Assembly (NCBI GenBank): GCA_963840455.1 | Contig: CAWIYV010000014.1 | Span: forward strand, 288,001-352,000 | Source: Nitrospirota bacterium | GTDB lineage: Bacteria > Nitrospirota > UBA9217 | DNA length: 64,000 nucleotides | Direction: 5' to 3' | In this document: positions 1 to 8,300 of the stretch, piece by piece | Position numbering within the stretch: position 1 is the stretch's first letter | How the letters are laid out: the number at the start of each line of letters is the position of its first letter | Made by a program: the position numbers and the translations under genes | Notes under the pieces: model-generated | What the model was told of the DNA's origin: nothing | Databases searched by the model: none | Seen by the model: only the letters and a program-made list of their open reading frames with translations

Positions 1-867
1 CTGGGCATCCTCATTCCAAGGCTCGGTGCCCGGTCCGGGGCGGCGGTGTTCATCGTCCTCTTTGCAGTCTTCTCGGGGTTCGTCTATTATCTGTTCATCG
101 CCAAGGGCATCTGGTTCAGCTGGATCTATCCCGCGTCTGCGCTCTTCTTCGGCTATACGAGCCAGACGGCCTACCGGTTCTTCACCGAGGAGCGGCGCGC
201 CCGGGACATCCGGAAGATGTTCTCCAGCTACGTGTCCAAGCGCATCGTCGATGAGCTGATCCGGGACCCGAACAAGGCCAAGCTCGGCGGTGACCGCAAG
301 GAGATCACGGTGCTCTTCTCGGACATCCGGGGGTTCACCAATTTCTCCGAAAAGCACGAGCCCGAGGACGTGGTCTCCCTGTTGAACGAATACCTGGGGG
401 CCATGACGAACATCGTCTTCGAGCATGACGGCACGCTGGACAAGTTCGTAGGCGACGCGATCATGGCGCTCTGGGGAGCGCCGGTCGGCCAGCCGGACCA
501 TGCCGAGCGGGCATGCAGGTGTTCGCTGGTCATGATCAAGAAGCTCAAGGAGCTGCAGGCCAAGTGGACCGCCGAGGGCAAGTACGCCATCGACATCGGC
601 ATCGGCATCAACACCGGCGACATGGTGGTGGGGAACATGGGGGCCGAGGGCAAGAAGATGGACTACACCGTCATCGGCGACAATGTGAACCTCGGGGCGC
701 GCTTAGAGGGCTTGACAAGAAAGTACAATAATCATATTATCATATCGGAATTTACCTACGAAAAGGTCAAGAATATCGTGAAGGTGAACGAGCTCGGCTC
801 CGTTACCGTCAAGGGCAAGGAGAAACCCGTAGTGATCTATGACCTGGTCGGGCTCCAGGGAGAGTAA
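1..867 (+). CDS. Class III adenylate/guanylate cyclase, membrane-anchored (probably CHASE2-type); 5'-truncated by the window
   Basis: Frame is open from base 1. TM helices, then LFSDIRGFT, DKFVGDAIMA, GINTG and YTVIGDNVNLGARLE cyclase motifs. Confidence 0.9.
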   Translation: MGILIPRLGARSGAAVFIVLFAVFSGFVYYLFIAKGIWFSWIYPASALFFGYTSQTAYRFFTEERRARDIRKMFSSYVSKRIVDELIRDPNKAKLGGDRKEITVLFSDIRGFTNFSEKHEPEDVVSLLNEYLGAMTNIVFEHDGTLDKFVGDAIMALWGAPVGQPDHAERACRCSLVMIKKLKELQAKWTAEGKYAIDIGIGINTGDMVVGNMGAEGKKMDYTVIGDNVNLGARLEGLTRKYNNHIIISEFTYEKVKNIVKVNELGSVTVKGKEKPVVIYDLVGLQGE

Positions 868-917
868 GACGCGGCTTTTCGGAAGCGCGTCGTGAACACC
901 GTATCCAGGGAGGGTGC

Positions 918-1685
918 ATGAAGGTCAAGGTACTGGGGTGCTCGGGGTCTGAGACGATCGGGCATATGCCGCCCGGCTTTCTCGTGAACGACCGGGTGAT
1001 GCTGGACGCGGGCACCATCAGCGCGGCCCTCAGCATCAAAGGGCAGAGCAAGATCACCGATATCTTCATCAGCCACGCCCATCTGGACCACATCAAGGGC
1101 ATCCTGTTCCTGGCGGACAACATCATCGGCCGCGTCAAGCGGCCCATCAACATCCGGGCACTCCCCAAGGTCATCGATGCCATCAAGAAGCATCTGATGA
1201 ACGGGCTGATCTGGCCGGACTTCACGAAGATCCCGACGCCGAAGAACCCCGTGCTGGCCTACAAGCCCTTCCCGGCCGGGAAAACCATCGACCTGGACGG
1301 CCTCAAGGTCATGGCGATCCCCATGAACCACCCGGTCCCGGCCGTGGGCTTCCTCGTGAGCGACGGGAGGTCGTCATTCATCTACAGCGCGGACACGGGG
1401 CCGAACGAGGACCTGTGGGCCGAGGCGAAGAAGGTGAAGAACCTGAAAGGGATCATCGTGGACACGTCATTTCCGAACAGCATGGATTTCGTCGCGGGAC
1501 TCAGCGGTCATTTCACCCCGGCGCAGCTCCACGCGGACCTCACCAAGGCAAAGGTGCGGAACAGCGTTCCCATCTACATTTACCACATCAAGCCTGTCCA
1601 CAAGAAGCGGGTGATCAAAGAGCTGAACGCCCTCGGGAGAAAGAACGTCAAGGTCCTGCAGGAAGGGAAAATCTATACGTTTTAA
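918..1685 (+). CDS. Class II cyclic-nucleotide phosphodiesterase (MBL-fold hydrolase)
   Basis: VLGCSG start, DAGT, SHAHLDH metal motif, NGLIWPDF, GHFTP; GGAGG RBS; follows the cyclase. Confidence 0.85.
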   Translation: MKVKVLGCSGSETIGHMPPGFLVNDRVMLDAGTISAALSIKGQSKITDIFISHAHLDHIKGILFLADNIIGRVKRPINIRALPKVIDAIKKHLMNGLIWPDFTKIPTPKNPVLAYKPFPAGKTIDLDGLKVMAIPMNHPVPAVGFLVSDGRSSFIYSADTGPNEDLWAEAKKVKNLKGIIVDTSFPNSMDFVAGLSGHFTPAQLHADLTKAKVRNSVPIYIYHIKPVHKKRVIKELNALGRKNVKVLQEGKIYTF

Positions 1686-1780
1686 GATACTCACGAGATC
1701 CCAATTTCGAAATCCTGTTGTTGGTTCTGCTGAAGCTCCCGAGGATTTGGTCATTGGGATTTAATATTTGCAGGAGCGAT

Positions 1781-2626
1781 ATGGCCTGGTTCAAGAAAGA
1801 ACGACCCGAAAAGCTGACCTCCGAGACGCCGGCGAAGAAGGTGAAGATCCCGGAAGGCCTGTGGGTCAAGTGCGACAACTGCAAGGAAATCATCTACCGC
1901 AAAGAGGTCGAGAAGAACTACAAGGTCTGTCCGAAGTGCGACTACCACTTCCGCATCACAGCGTCGGAGCGGCTTCCCTTTCTGGTCGACGAGAACACCT
2001 TCCTGGAGGTGGAGGACGGCCTCTCCCCGAAGGACGCCCTGGGCTTCAAGGACTACAAGGAGAAGCTGAAGAGCAGCCGCAAGAAGACCGGCCTCAAGGA
2101 CGCCATCATCTCCGGCGAGGCCAAGATCGGCGGCCGTCCCGTCCAGCTCGTGGTGATGGACTTCAATTTCATGGGCGGCAGCATGGGCTCCGTGGTGGGC
2201 GAGAAGATCGCCCGGGCCGTGGAACGGGCCATCGAGAAGAGAACGCCGTTCATCTCCGTGGCATCCTCGGGCGGCGCCCGCATGCAGGAGGGCATCCTGT
2301 CGCTCATGCAGATGGCCAAGACCTCGGCGGCCACGGCGCGGCTCGCTTCAGCGGGCCTGCCGTTCATCTCCATCCTGACGGACCCCACCTTCGGCGGCGT
2401 GACCGCAAGCTTCGCCATGCTGGGTGATCTCATCATCGCCGAGCCCAAGAGCCTCATCGGCTTTGCCGGCCCCCGCGTCATCGAGCAGACCATCAAGCAG
2501 CAGCTTCCCGCCGGGTTCCAGCGGGCGGAGTTCCTGCAGGAGCACGGCATGATCGACATGATCGTGAACAGAAAGGACATGCACGCCACGTTGGCAAAGA
2601 TCCTGGAATTCTTCGCCAATGAATGA
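1781..2626 (+). CDS. accD: Acetyl-CoA carboxylase carboxyltransferase beta subunit
   Basis: MAWFKK start after AGGAG RBS. GLWVKC..C...C..C zinc finger, FMGGSMGSVVGEK, SGGARMQEG, GFAGPRVI. Confidence 0.95.
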   Translation: MAWFKKERPEKLTSETPAKKVKIPEGLWVKCDNCKEIIYRKEVEKNYKVCPKCDYHFRITASERLPFLVDENTFLEVEDGLSPKDALGFKDYKEKLKSSRKKTGLKDAIISGEAKIGGRPVQLVVMDFNFMGGSMGSVVGEKIARAVERAIEKRTPFISVASSGGARMQEGILSLMQMAKTSAATARLASAGLPFISILTDPTFGGVTASFAMLGDLIIAEPKSLIGFAGPRVIEQTIKQQLPAGFQRAEFLQEHGMIDMIVNRKDMHATLAKILEFFANE

Positions 2627-2837
2627 ACTGGCAAAAGGCCTTATCCTGCTCGGGGCCGTGCTCATCGCGGTAGGCCTCATCCTCCTGTTTTTCCAGAAGG
2701 TCCCGTTCCTCGGCAAGCTCCCCGGCGATATCCTTATCAAGCGCGAGAATTTTACGTTCTCTTTCCCCCTGGCCACGAGCATCGTCGTGAGCCTCCTTAT
2801 CAGCCTTATCCTCTATCTCATCGGAAAGTTCCGCTGA
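2619..2837 (+). CDS. DUF2905-family small membrane protein
   Basis: LGKLPGDI...F.FPLATSI motif; two TM helices. Confidence 0.85.
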   Translation: MNELAKGLILLGAVLIAVGLILLFFQKVPFLGKLPGDILIKRENFTFSFPLATSIVVSLLISLILYLIGKFR

Positions 2838-2845
2838 CGGAACGC

Positions 2846-4243
2846 ATGACCATGCATGATGCTGAAACGAAACGAACCGCCTTGCTCGTCGCCGTCCTGG
2901 CGTCGTTCCTCACCCCCTTCATGGTCTCGTCCGTGAACGTCGCGCTCCCGGTCATGGGAAGGGAGTTCGGCATGAACGCCGTGCTCCTGAGCTGGGTCCC
3001 CACCTCGTACCTCCTGGCTGCGGCCATGTTCCTTGTGCCCTTCGGAAGGATCGCGGACATTTACGGCCGGAAGCGGATATTCTCCGCGGGCATCATCATC
3101 TACACCATCGCATCGAGCCTCATCGTCCTGTCCAGCACCGTGTCCGCCCTCCTTGCACTGAGGGTGCTGCAGGGATTCGGGAGCGCCATGATCTTCGGTA
3201 CCGGCATCGCCATCGTCACGTCGGTCTTCCCGCCGGCGGAGCGGGGCAGGGTGCTGGGGATCAATGTCTCGGCCGTGTACATCGGACTGTCCCTCGGTCC
3301 CTTCCTCGGTGGATTCCTGACCCAGCAGTTCGGCTGGCGGAGCATCTTCCTGGCGAGCGTGCCTGCCGGGCTCGTGGCCATGTACTTCATCGTGCGGCGG
3401 CTCAAGGGCGAATGGGCCGAGGCGCAAGGCGAACGGTTCGACCTCGGTGGCGCCCTCATCTACGCGGTCAGCCTCGTCGCTGTCATGTACGGGCTGACGG
3501 TCCTGCCCGGCCGGTCGGGCGTCCTGCTGGTCCTGTTCGGGCTGCTCTGGGTCGGCGCGTTCATTGTCTGGGAGCTCAGGGTACCGAGCCCGCTTCTCGA
3601 CATGCGGCTCCTGACGACGAATGTCACGTTCTCGATGTCCAATATCGCGGCGCTGATCAACTACAGCGCCACCTTCGCCGTGACCTTTCTCGTCAGCCTC
3701 TACCTCCAGTACATCAAGGGCTTCACGCCGCGCGAGGCAGGCATGGTCCTGATCGCCCAGCCGATCGTCATGGCGGCCTTTTCGCCGCTCGCGGGCAGGC
3801 TGTCCGATAAAATAGAACCGCGTATCGTGGCGTCCATCGGCATGGCGTTCACGGCCCTGGGCCTGGCCCTCTTCGCCCTCCTGGACGAGCAATCCACCTT
3901 GTGGTTCATCATCACGAACCTGGTCATCATCGGGTTCGGGTTCGCCCTGTTCTCGTCGCCCAATACCAACGCGGTCATGAGCTCCATCGACCGGCGGCAC
4001 TACGGCGTGGGGTCTGCCATGCTCGGGACCATGCGGCTGACCGGCCAGATGCTCAGCATGGGGCTGGTCATGGTGATCTTTGCGCTGTACATCGGCCGGG
4101 TGCAGATCACGCCTGAGTACTACCTGCTCTTCTTGAAGAGCGCGAAGACCACGTTCCTCCTCTCCGCCTTCCTGTGCGGCGCGGGCATCTTTGCATCGCT
4201 CACGCGCGGGAAGGTCCACCATGACGCCGCCGGCCGTTCTTGA
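2846..4243 (+). CDS. MFS transporter (DHA2/EmrB-QacA-like, ~14 TM)
   Basis: GRIADIYGRKR motif A, GLSLGPFLGG, FSSPNTNAVM. Confidence 0.9.
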   Translation: MTMHDAETKRTALLVAVLASFLTPFMVSSVNVALPVMGREFGMNAVLLSWVPTSYLLAAAMFLVPFGRIADIYGRKRIFSAGIIIYTIASSLIVLSSTVSALLALRVLQGFGSAMIFGTGIAIVTSVFPPAERGRVLGINVSAVYIGLSLGPFLGGFLTQQFGWRSIFLASVPAGLVAMYFIVRRLKGEWAEAQGERFDLGGALIYAVSLVAVMYGLTVLPGRSGVLLVLFGLLWVGAFIVWELRVPSPLLDMRLLTTNVTFSMSNIAALINYSATFAVTFLVSLYLQYIKGFTPREAGMVLIAQPIVMAAFSPLAGRLSDKIEPRIVASIGMAFTALGLALFALLDEQSTLWFIITNLVIIGFGFALFSSPNTNAVMSSIDRRHYGVGSAMLGTMRLTGQMLSMGLVMVIFALYIGRVQITPEYYLLFLKSAKTTFLLSAFLCGAGIFASLTRGKVHHDAAGRS

Positions 4244-4268
4244 CAGCCCCGATCCGCTCGGATATAGT
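4240..4268 (+). promoter_or_regulatory. Sigma70-like promoter of the DUF362/polyferredoxin operon
   Basis: TTGACA (4240-4245), 17-bp spacer, TATAGT (4263-4268). Confidence 0.65.
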
Positions 4269-4329
4269 TAAGCAATCGATCGCTCCCCTTCGCTCAGAGC
4301 GCCAAAAACACTTTCCCCGAGGTGATGCC

Positions 4330-5232
4330 ATGGACCGGAGAACATTCCTGAAGACCGCAGCGATCAGCAGCATCGGACTCACCCTTCCCATTGCCGTCGA
4401 TCCGCTGAGCAGCATCGCCGGTGCGGCGATCCATCCCGACCTTGCCGTTGTCCACGGCGCGTCCCCCGAAGCCATCACGAGGGCTGCAATCGATGCTCTT
4501 GGCGGCATCAAGCGGTTCGTCAGCCGCGGCGACGTTGTCGTGGTGAAACCCAACATCGGATGGGACCGTGTGCCCGAGCAGGCCGGTGACACGAACCCCG
4601 AAGTGGTCGCCGCGGTCGTGAAGCTCTGCTACGAAGCAGGAGCGAAGAAGGTCAAGGTTTTCGACCGGCCGGTGAACGACCCCCGCAGGTGCTATGTCCA
4701 AAGCGGCATCGAGCCGGCGGCACGCGCCGTCGACGCCGACGTGACCCACATGGACGAGCGGAAGTTCAAAGAGATGGCCATCAACGGCCTGGCGCTCAAG
4801 ACCTGGCCGCTGTACTCCGAGATCTTCGAGGCCGACAAGGTGATCAACGTCCCCATCGCCAAGCACCACGGTCTTGCCAAGCTCACCCTGTCCATGAAGA
4901 ACTGGATGGGCATGATGGGTGGCTCCCGCAGGATGATCCACCAGAAGCTGGACGAAAGCCTGGTGGACCTGGCCATGAAGGCCAAACCATGCCTCACCAT
5001 CCTCGATGCTGTCCGTATCCTGACCGACAACGGTCCCCAGGGCGGCGACCTGAAGGACGTGAAAAAGCTCGACACGGTCATCGCCGGCGTGGACCAGGTG
5101 GCCATCGACGCTTATGGGGCAACGCTCTTCGGCATGAAGGGCAGCGATCTCGGCTACGTGCGGATCGCTGCGGAACACAAGTTCGGCGTCATGGATCTGA
5201 ACAAGCTGAAGATCACGAAGCTCCAGGTCTGA
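4330..5232 (+). CDS. DUF362 domain protein with Tat signal peptide
   Basis: MDRRTFLK twin-arginine start at 4330 after GAGGTG. VVVKPNIGW, TNPEVV, NVPIAKHH..TLSMKN.MG, DQVAID. Confidence 0.88.
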   Translation: MDRRTFLKTAAISSIGLTLPIAVDPLSSIAGAAIHPDLAVVHGASPEAITRAAIDALGGIKRFVSRGDVVVVKPNIGWDRVPEQAGDTNPEVVAAVVKLCYEAGAKKVKVFDRPVNDPRRCYVQSGIEPAARAVDADVTHMDERKFKEMAINGLALKTWPLYSEIFEADKVINVPIAKHHGLAKLTLSMKNWMGMMGGSRRMIHQKLDESLVDLAMKAKPCLTILDAVRILTDNGPQGGDLKDVKKLDTVIAGVDQVAIDAYGATLFGMKGSDLGYVRIAAEHKFGVMDLNKLKITKLQV

Positions 5233-5259
5233 TCAGCGGCCGGAAGAGGAATACCTGAC

Positions 5260-6153
5260 TTGCCCATTGTCCGCACGCCCGACGAACGGTTTGCAAAGCT
5301 GCCCGGGTTTCCCTTTCCCCCCCGCTATGTCGAGATCGACGGCATGCGGGTCCACTATGTGGACGAAGGAAACGGGGAGATCGTCCTTTGCCTCCACGGC
5401 GTTCCGGCCTGGTCGTTCCTGTACCGCAAGGTGGTCCCGCTGCTGGCAACGCGGTACCGCGTCATCGCCATGGACTTCATCGGCTTCGGCCGGTCGGACA
5501 AGTTCACCGATGCCAAGGACTACTCCTTTCAGCTCCACCACGACACCCTGGTGAAGTTCATCCATACCCTCGGGCTTGACCGGATCACCCTCGTCGGCCT
5601 CGATGGGGGAGCGGACTACGGGTTGTGGGCGGCGATGGACATGCCCGAGCGGTTCTCTCGGCTCGTGATCATGAACACCGACCTGCCGACCGGGGACCGC
5701 CCCCTCAACCCGATGTTCTCCGTATTCAAGCAGTTCGTTGAGATCGAGCCCGATCTGCTGGTCGGGCATATCATCCGCTCCGGGCTTGCGTATGGCAACA
5801 GGCTTTCCGACGAGATCATCGCAGCGTACGAGGCGCCGTTCCCCGACGCCCCCTCCAAGGCGGGCGCCGCGGTATGGGTGCTGCGCTACCCGGCCGCTCC
5901 CGACGCCCCCGGGGCCGAAGCCATGGCCCGAACACGGGAGGCGCTCGCGCAATGGGAGAAACCGGCGCTGGTGCTCTTCTCCGAGGAGGACCCGCTCTAT
6001 GGCAGCCGCCACGGGTTCTTCCGTGCGCTGATCCCGTCGGCCAGGCGGGAACCGGAGATCATCATCCAGAAGGCCGGACATTTTCTTCCAGAAGAGAAGG
6101 GAGAAGAGGTCGCGCGGCACATCCTGGACTTCATGGCCAGGACATCGGGATAA
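5260..6153 (+). CDS. Haloalkane dehalogenase-like alpha/beta hydrolase
   Basis: [57 protein letters not shown]. Confidence 0.85.
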   Translation: MPIVRTPDERFAKLPGFPFPPRYVEIDGMRVHYVDEGNGEIVLCLHGVPAWSFLYRKVVPLLATRYRVIAMDFIGFGRSDKFTDAKDYSFQLHHDTLVKFIHTLGLDRITLVGLDGGADYGLWAAMDMPERFSRLVIMNTDLPTGDRPLNPMFSVFKQFVEIEPDLLVGHIIRSGLAYGNRLSDEIIAAYEAPFPDAPSKAGAAVWVLRYPAAPDAPGAEAMARTREALAQWEKPALVLFSEEDPLYGSRHGFFRALIPSARREPEIIIQKAGHFLPEEKGEEVARHILDFMARTSG

Positions 6154-6207
6154 GGTCCGGTCGGGTACCCATGCTGTCCGCGCGCAGAACAATCGGGAGG
6201 CTGCACC

Positions 6208-7800
6208 ATGAAATTAGTATCGACCCGGAATATCCGCTGGATCGTACAAGGATCGTTCCTTCTGCTTTTCCTGTTCCTCTTCATCCAGACAGAGTCCAAG
6301 GGGAACGATGAACTGGGCTATCCTGTCCGGCTCTTTCTCGATTTCGACCCCCTCATCCTGGTCACCACGCTCCTGTCCGCCCATGCCGTGGCGAAGGCAT
6401 TCCTGCTCTCCCTCGTCGTGATCGTCCTTTCGATGGTCCTTGGCCGGGTGTTCTGCGGATGGGTCTGCCCGCTCGGGACACTGCACAACATGATCGGCTC
6501 GCTCAGCAAGCGGCGCCCGGCCCGGGACCTCAAGAACTGGCACAGGGTGAAGTATTATATCCTTATCGGCGTCATTGCGTCGGCAGTGTTCACGCTCCAG
6601 CCCGTCGGCATCATGGACCCCATCTCGCTGCTCATCCGGTCATTCTCGCTGAGCGTGTATCCGCTCTTCAATTATGCAGTACGGTCAACGTTCGATACGA
6701 TCTATTCCGTCAACCCTCTCGGCATGGCGGCGGTCTCGGAGCCGGTCTACACCCTTCTGAAGAAGAGCGTGCTGTCCTTCAACCAGGCCATCTACAACCA
6801 GAGCGTATTCGTCGGCATACTGTTCCTCGCGGTCCTCAGCTTGAACCTGGTAGAGAAGCGGTTCTGGTGCCGGTACCTCTGCCCGCTCGGCGCGCTCCTT
6901 GGGCTGATGTCGCGATTCTCGCTCCTCAAGCGGTCGGTGAGCGAGGGTTGCACTGAGTGCGGCGCCTGCGCCACGGTCTGCCAGGGGAATGCCGTGCCGG
7001 ACCAAAAGGGCAAGTGGAAGGACGCGGAATGCTACTATTGCTGGAACTGCGACGACATCTGCCCGAACAATGCCGTCCTGTTCGGGTTCTCCGGGAAGAA
7101 ACAGACTCCGGCCATGGACCTCGGCAGGAGGCGGGTGGTCGTTTCAGCGCTGTCCGGCATCGCAGCGGTGCCGCTCCTGCGGATAACGCCGCTCGGCACG
7201 GCCAATGCCAAGAATCCCAACCTGCTCAGGCCGCCGGGCTCGCTGGAGGAGAAGGAGTTCCTCCGCCGGTGCGTGAAGTGCGGGGAGTGCATGAAGGTCT
7301 GCATCACGAACGGCCTCCAGCCGACGCTCATGGAAGCGGGACTCGAAGGCATCTGGTCGCCCACGCTCGTGCCGCGCATCGGCTACTGCGAATACCGCTG
7401 CACGCTCTGCGGCCAGGTCTGTCCCACGGGCGCGATCAAGAAGCTCTCGCTCCCGGAGAAGGCCAAGATCAAGATCGGGCTTGCGATGATCGATAAAGGC
7501 CGCTGTCTGCCCTGGGCGCACGCGACGCCCTGCATCATGTGCGAGGAGGTCTGCCCCACGCCGAAGAAGGCTGTCTGGTTCGAAAAGGCCGAGGTGCGCG
7601 ACCGCAAGGGGAGGGTCCAGACCCTCCAGCAGCCGCGCGTGGACCTGGAGCTCTGTATCGGCTGCGGCATCTGCGAGGCCAAGTGCCCGGTGCTCGGAAG
7701 GCCCGCGATCACTGTCTCGAGCGTGGGGGAGAGCAGGTCGAAGGAGAACCAGCTGCTGCTATCAGAAAGGCATGACGATGAGCGACGCCATAACTCCTGA
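6208..7800 (+). CDS. Membrane polyferredoxin (NapH/MauN-like TM domain fused to NapG/MauM-like 4Fe-4S domain)
   Basis: GRVFCGWVCPLG, RFWCRYLCPLG, several CxxCxxCxxxCP motifs, LRPPG. Confidence 0.88.
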   Translation: MKLVSTRNIRWIVQGSFLLLFLFLFIQTESKGNDELGYPVRLFLDFDPLILVTTLLSAHAVAKAFLLSLVVIVLSMVLGRVFCGWVCPLGTLHNMIGSLSKRRPARDLKNWHRVKYYILIGVIASAVFTLQPVGIMDPISLLIRSFSLSVYPLFNYAVRSTFDTIYSVNPLGMAAVSEPVYTLLKKSVLSFNQAIYNQSVFVGILFLAVLSLNLVEKRFWCRYLCPLGALLGLMSRFSLLKRSVSEGCTECGACATVCQGNAVPDQKGKWKDAECYYCWNCDDICPNNAVLFGFSGKKQTPAMDLGRRRVVVSALSGIAAVPLLRITPLGTANAKNPNLLRPPGSLEEKEFLRRCVKCGECMKVCITNGLQPTLMEAGLEGIWSPTLVPRIGYCEYRCTLCGQVCPTGAIKKLSLPEKAKIKIGLAMIDKGRCLPWAHATPCIMCEEVCPTPKKAVWFEKAEVRDRKGRVQTLQQPRVDLELCIGCGICEAKCPVLGRPAITVSSVGESRSKENQLLLSERHDDERRHNS

Positions 7801-8098
7801 CGAGTTGGAGAGCATCCTGAAGGACAAGAACCCGCCGCAGGTAGTGGATGTCCGACGGCCCTCCGACCGGCAGAGCGATCCGTCTTCCGTTCCCGGCGCG
7901 ATATGGATGGACCCCGAGAAGGCGGGAGAGTGGGGGAAGGACCTTCGAAACCGCGAGGTCGTGATCTATTGCGTTCGCGGAGGTTCGGTGAGCAGGTCGG
8001 TGCAGGAGACGCTTCGCGAGAAGAACATCAGTGTCCGGTTCATCGAAGGCGGGCTTGAGGCCTGGAAGAAGTCCGGCAAGCCGGTGAATAACCCCTGA
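7772..8098 (+). CDS. Rhodanese-like domain protein
   Basis: VVDVRR, VPGAIW, IYCVRGG, FIEGGLEAWK. Confidence 0.85.
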   Translation: MTMSDAITPDELESILKDKNPPQVVDVRRPSDRQSDPSSVPGAIWMDPEKAGEWGKDLRNREVVIYCVRGGSVSRSVQETLREKNISVRFIEGGLEAWKKSGKPVNNP

Positions 8099-8300
8099 TC
8101 TGCAGCTCGAGAATCTGTCCGCCAAGGTTGAGACATGCAGGGGACTGCTGTAGTGCGCACCAGCTGCATATTTCGGAAATTCCAGAGTGCCTAATTGTGA
8201 GCCCGCCGCTGGCCCGTCGATCCGGCTCACGGTAACGTCTCAGGAGCGGGGAATAGTGGTCTCGTAGCAGGGTAATGAATTATTGTGAAGGCGCGGCCTG

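Noticed and set aside
1415-1780. N-terminal extension of AccD
   Set aside because: Overlaps the PDE gene; RBS and family start support ATG 1781.
8188-8240. GTGAGCC..GGCTCAC hairpin as an attC site or riboswitch upstream of cgs
   Set aside because: R boxes do not fit and no riboswitch consensus is recognisable.
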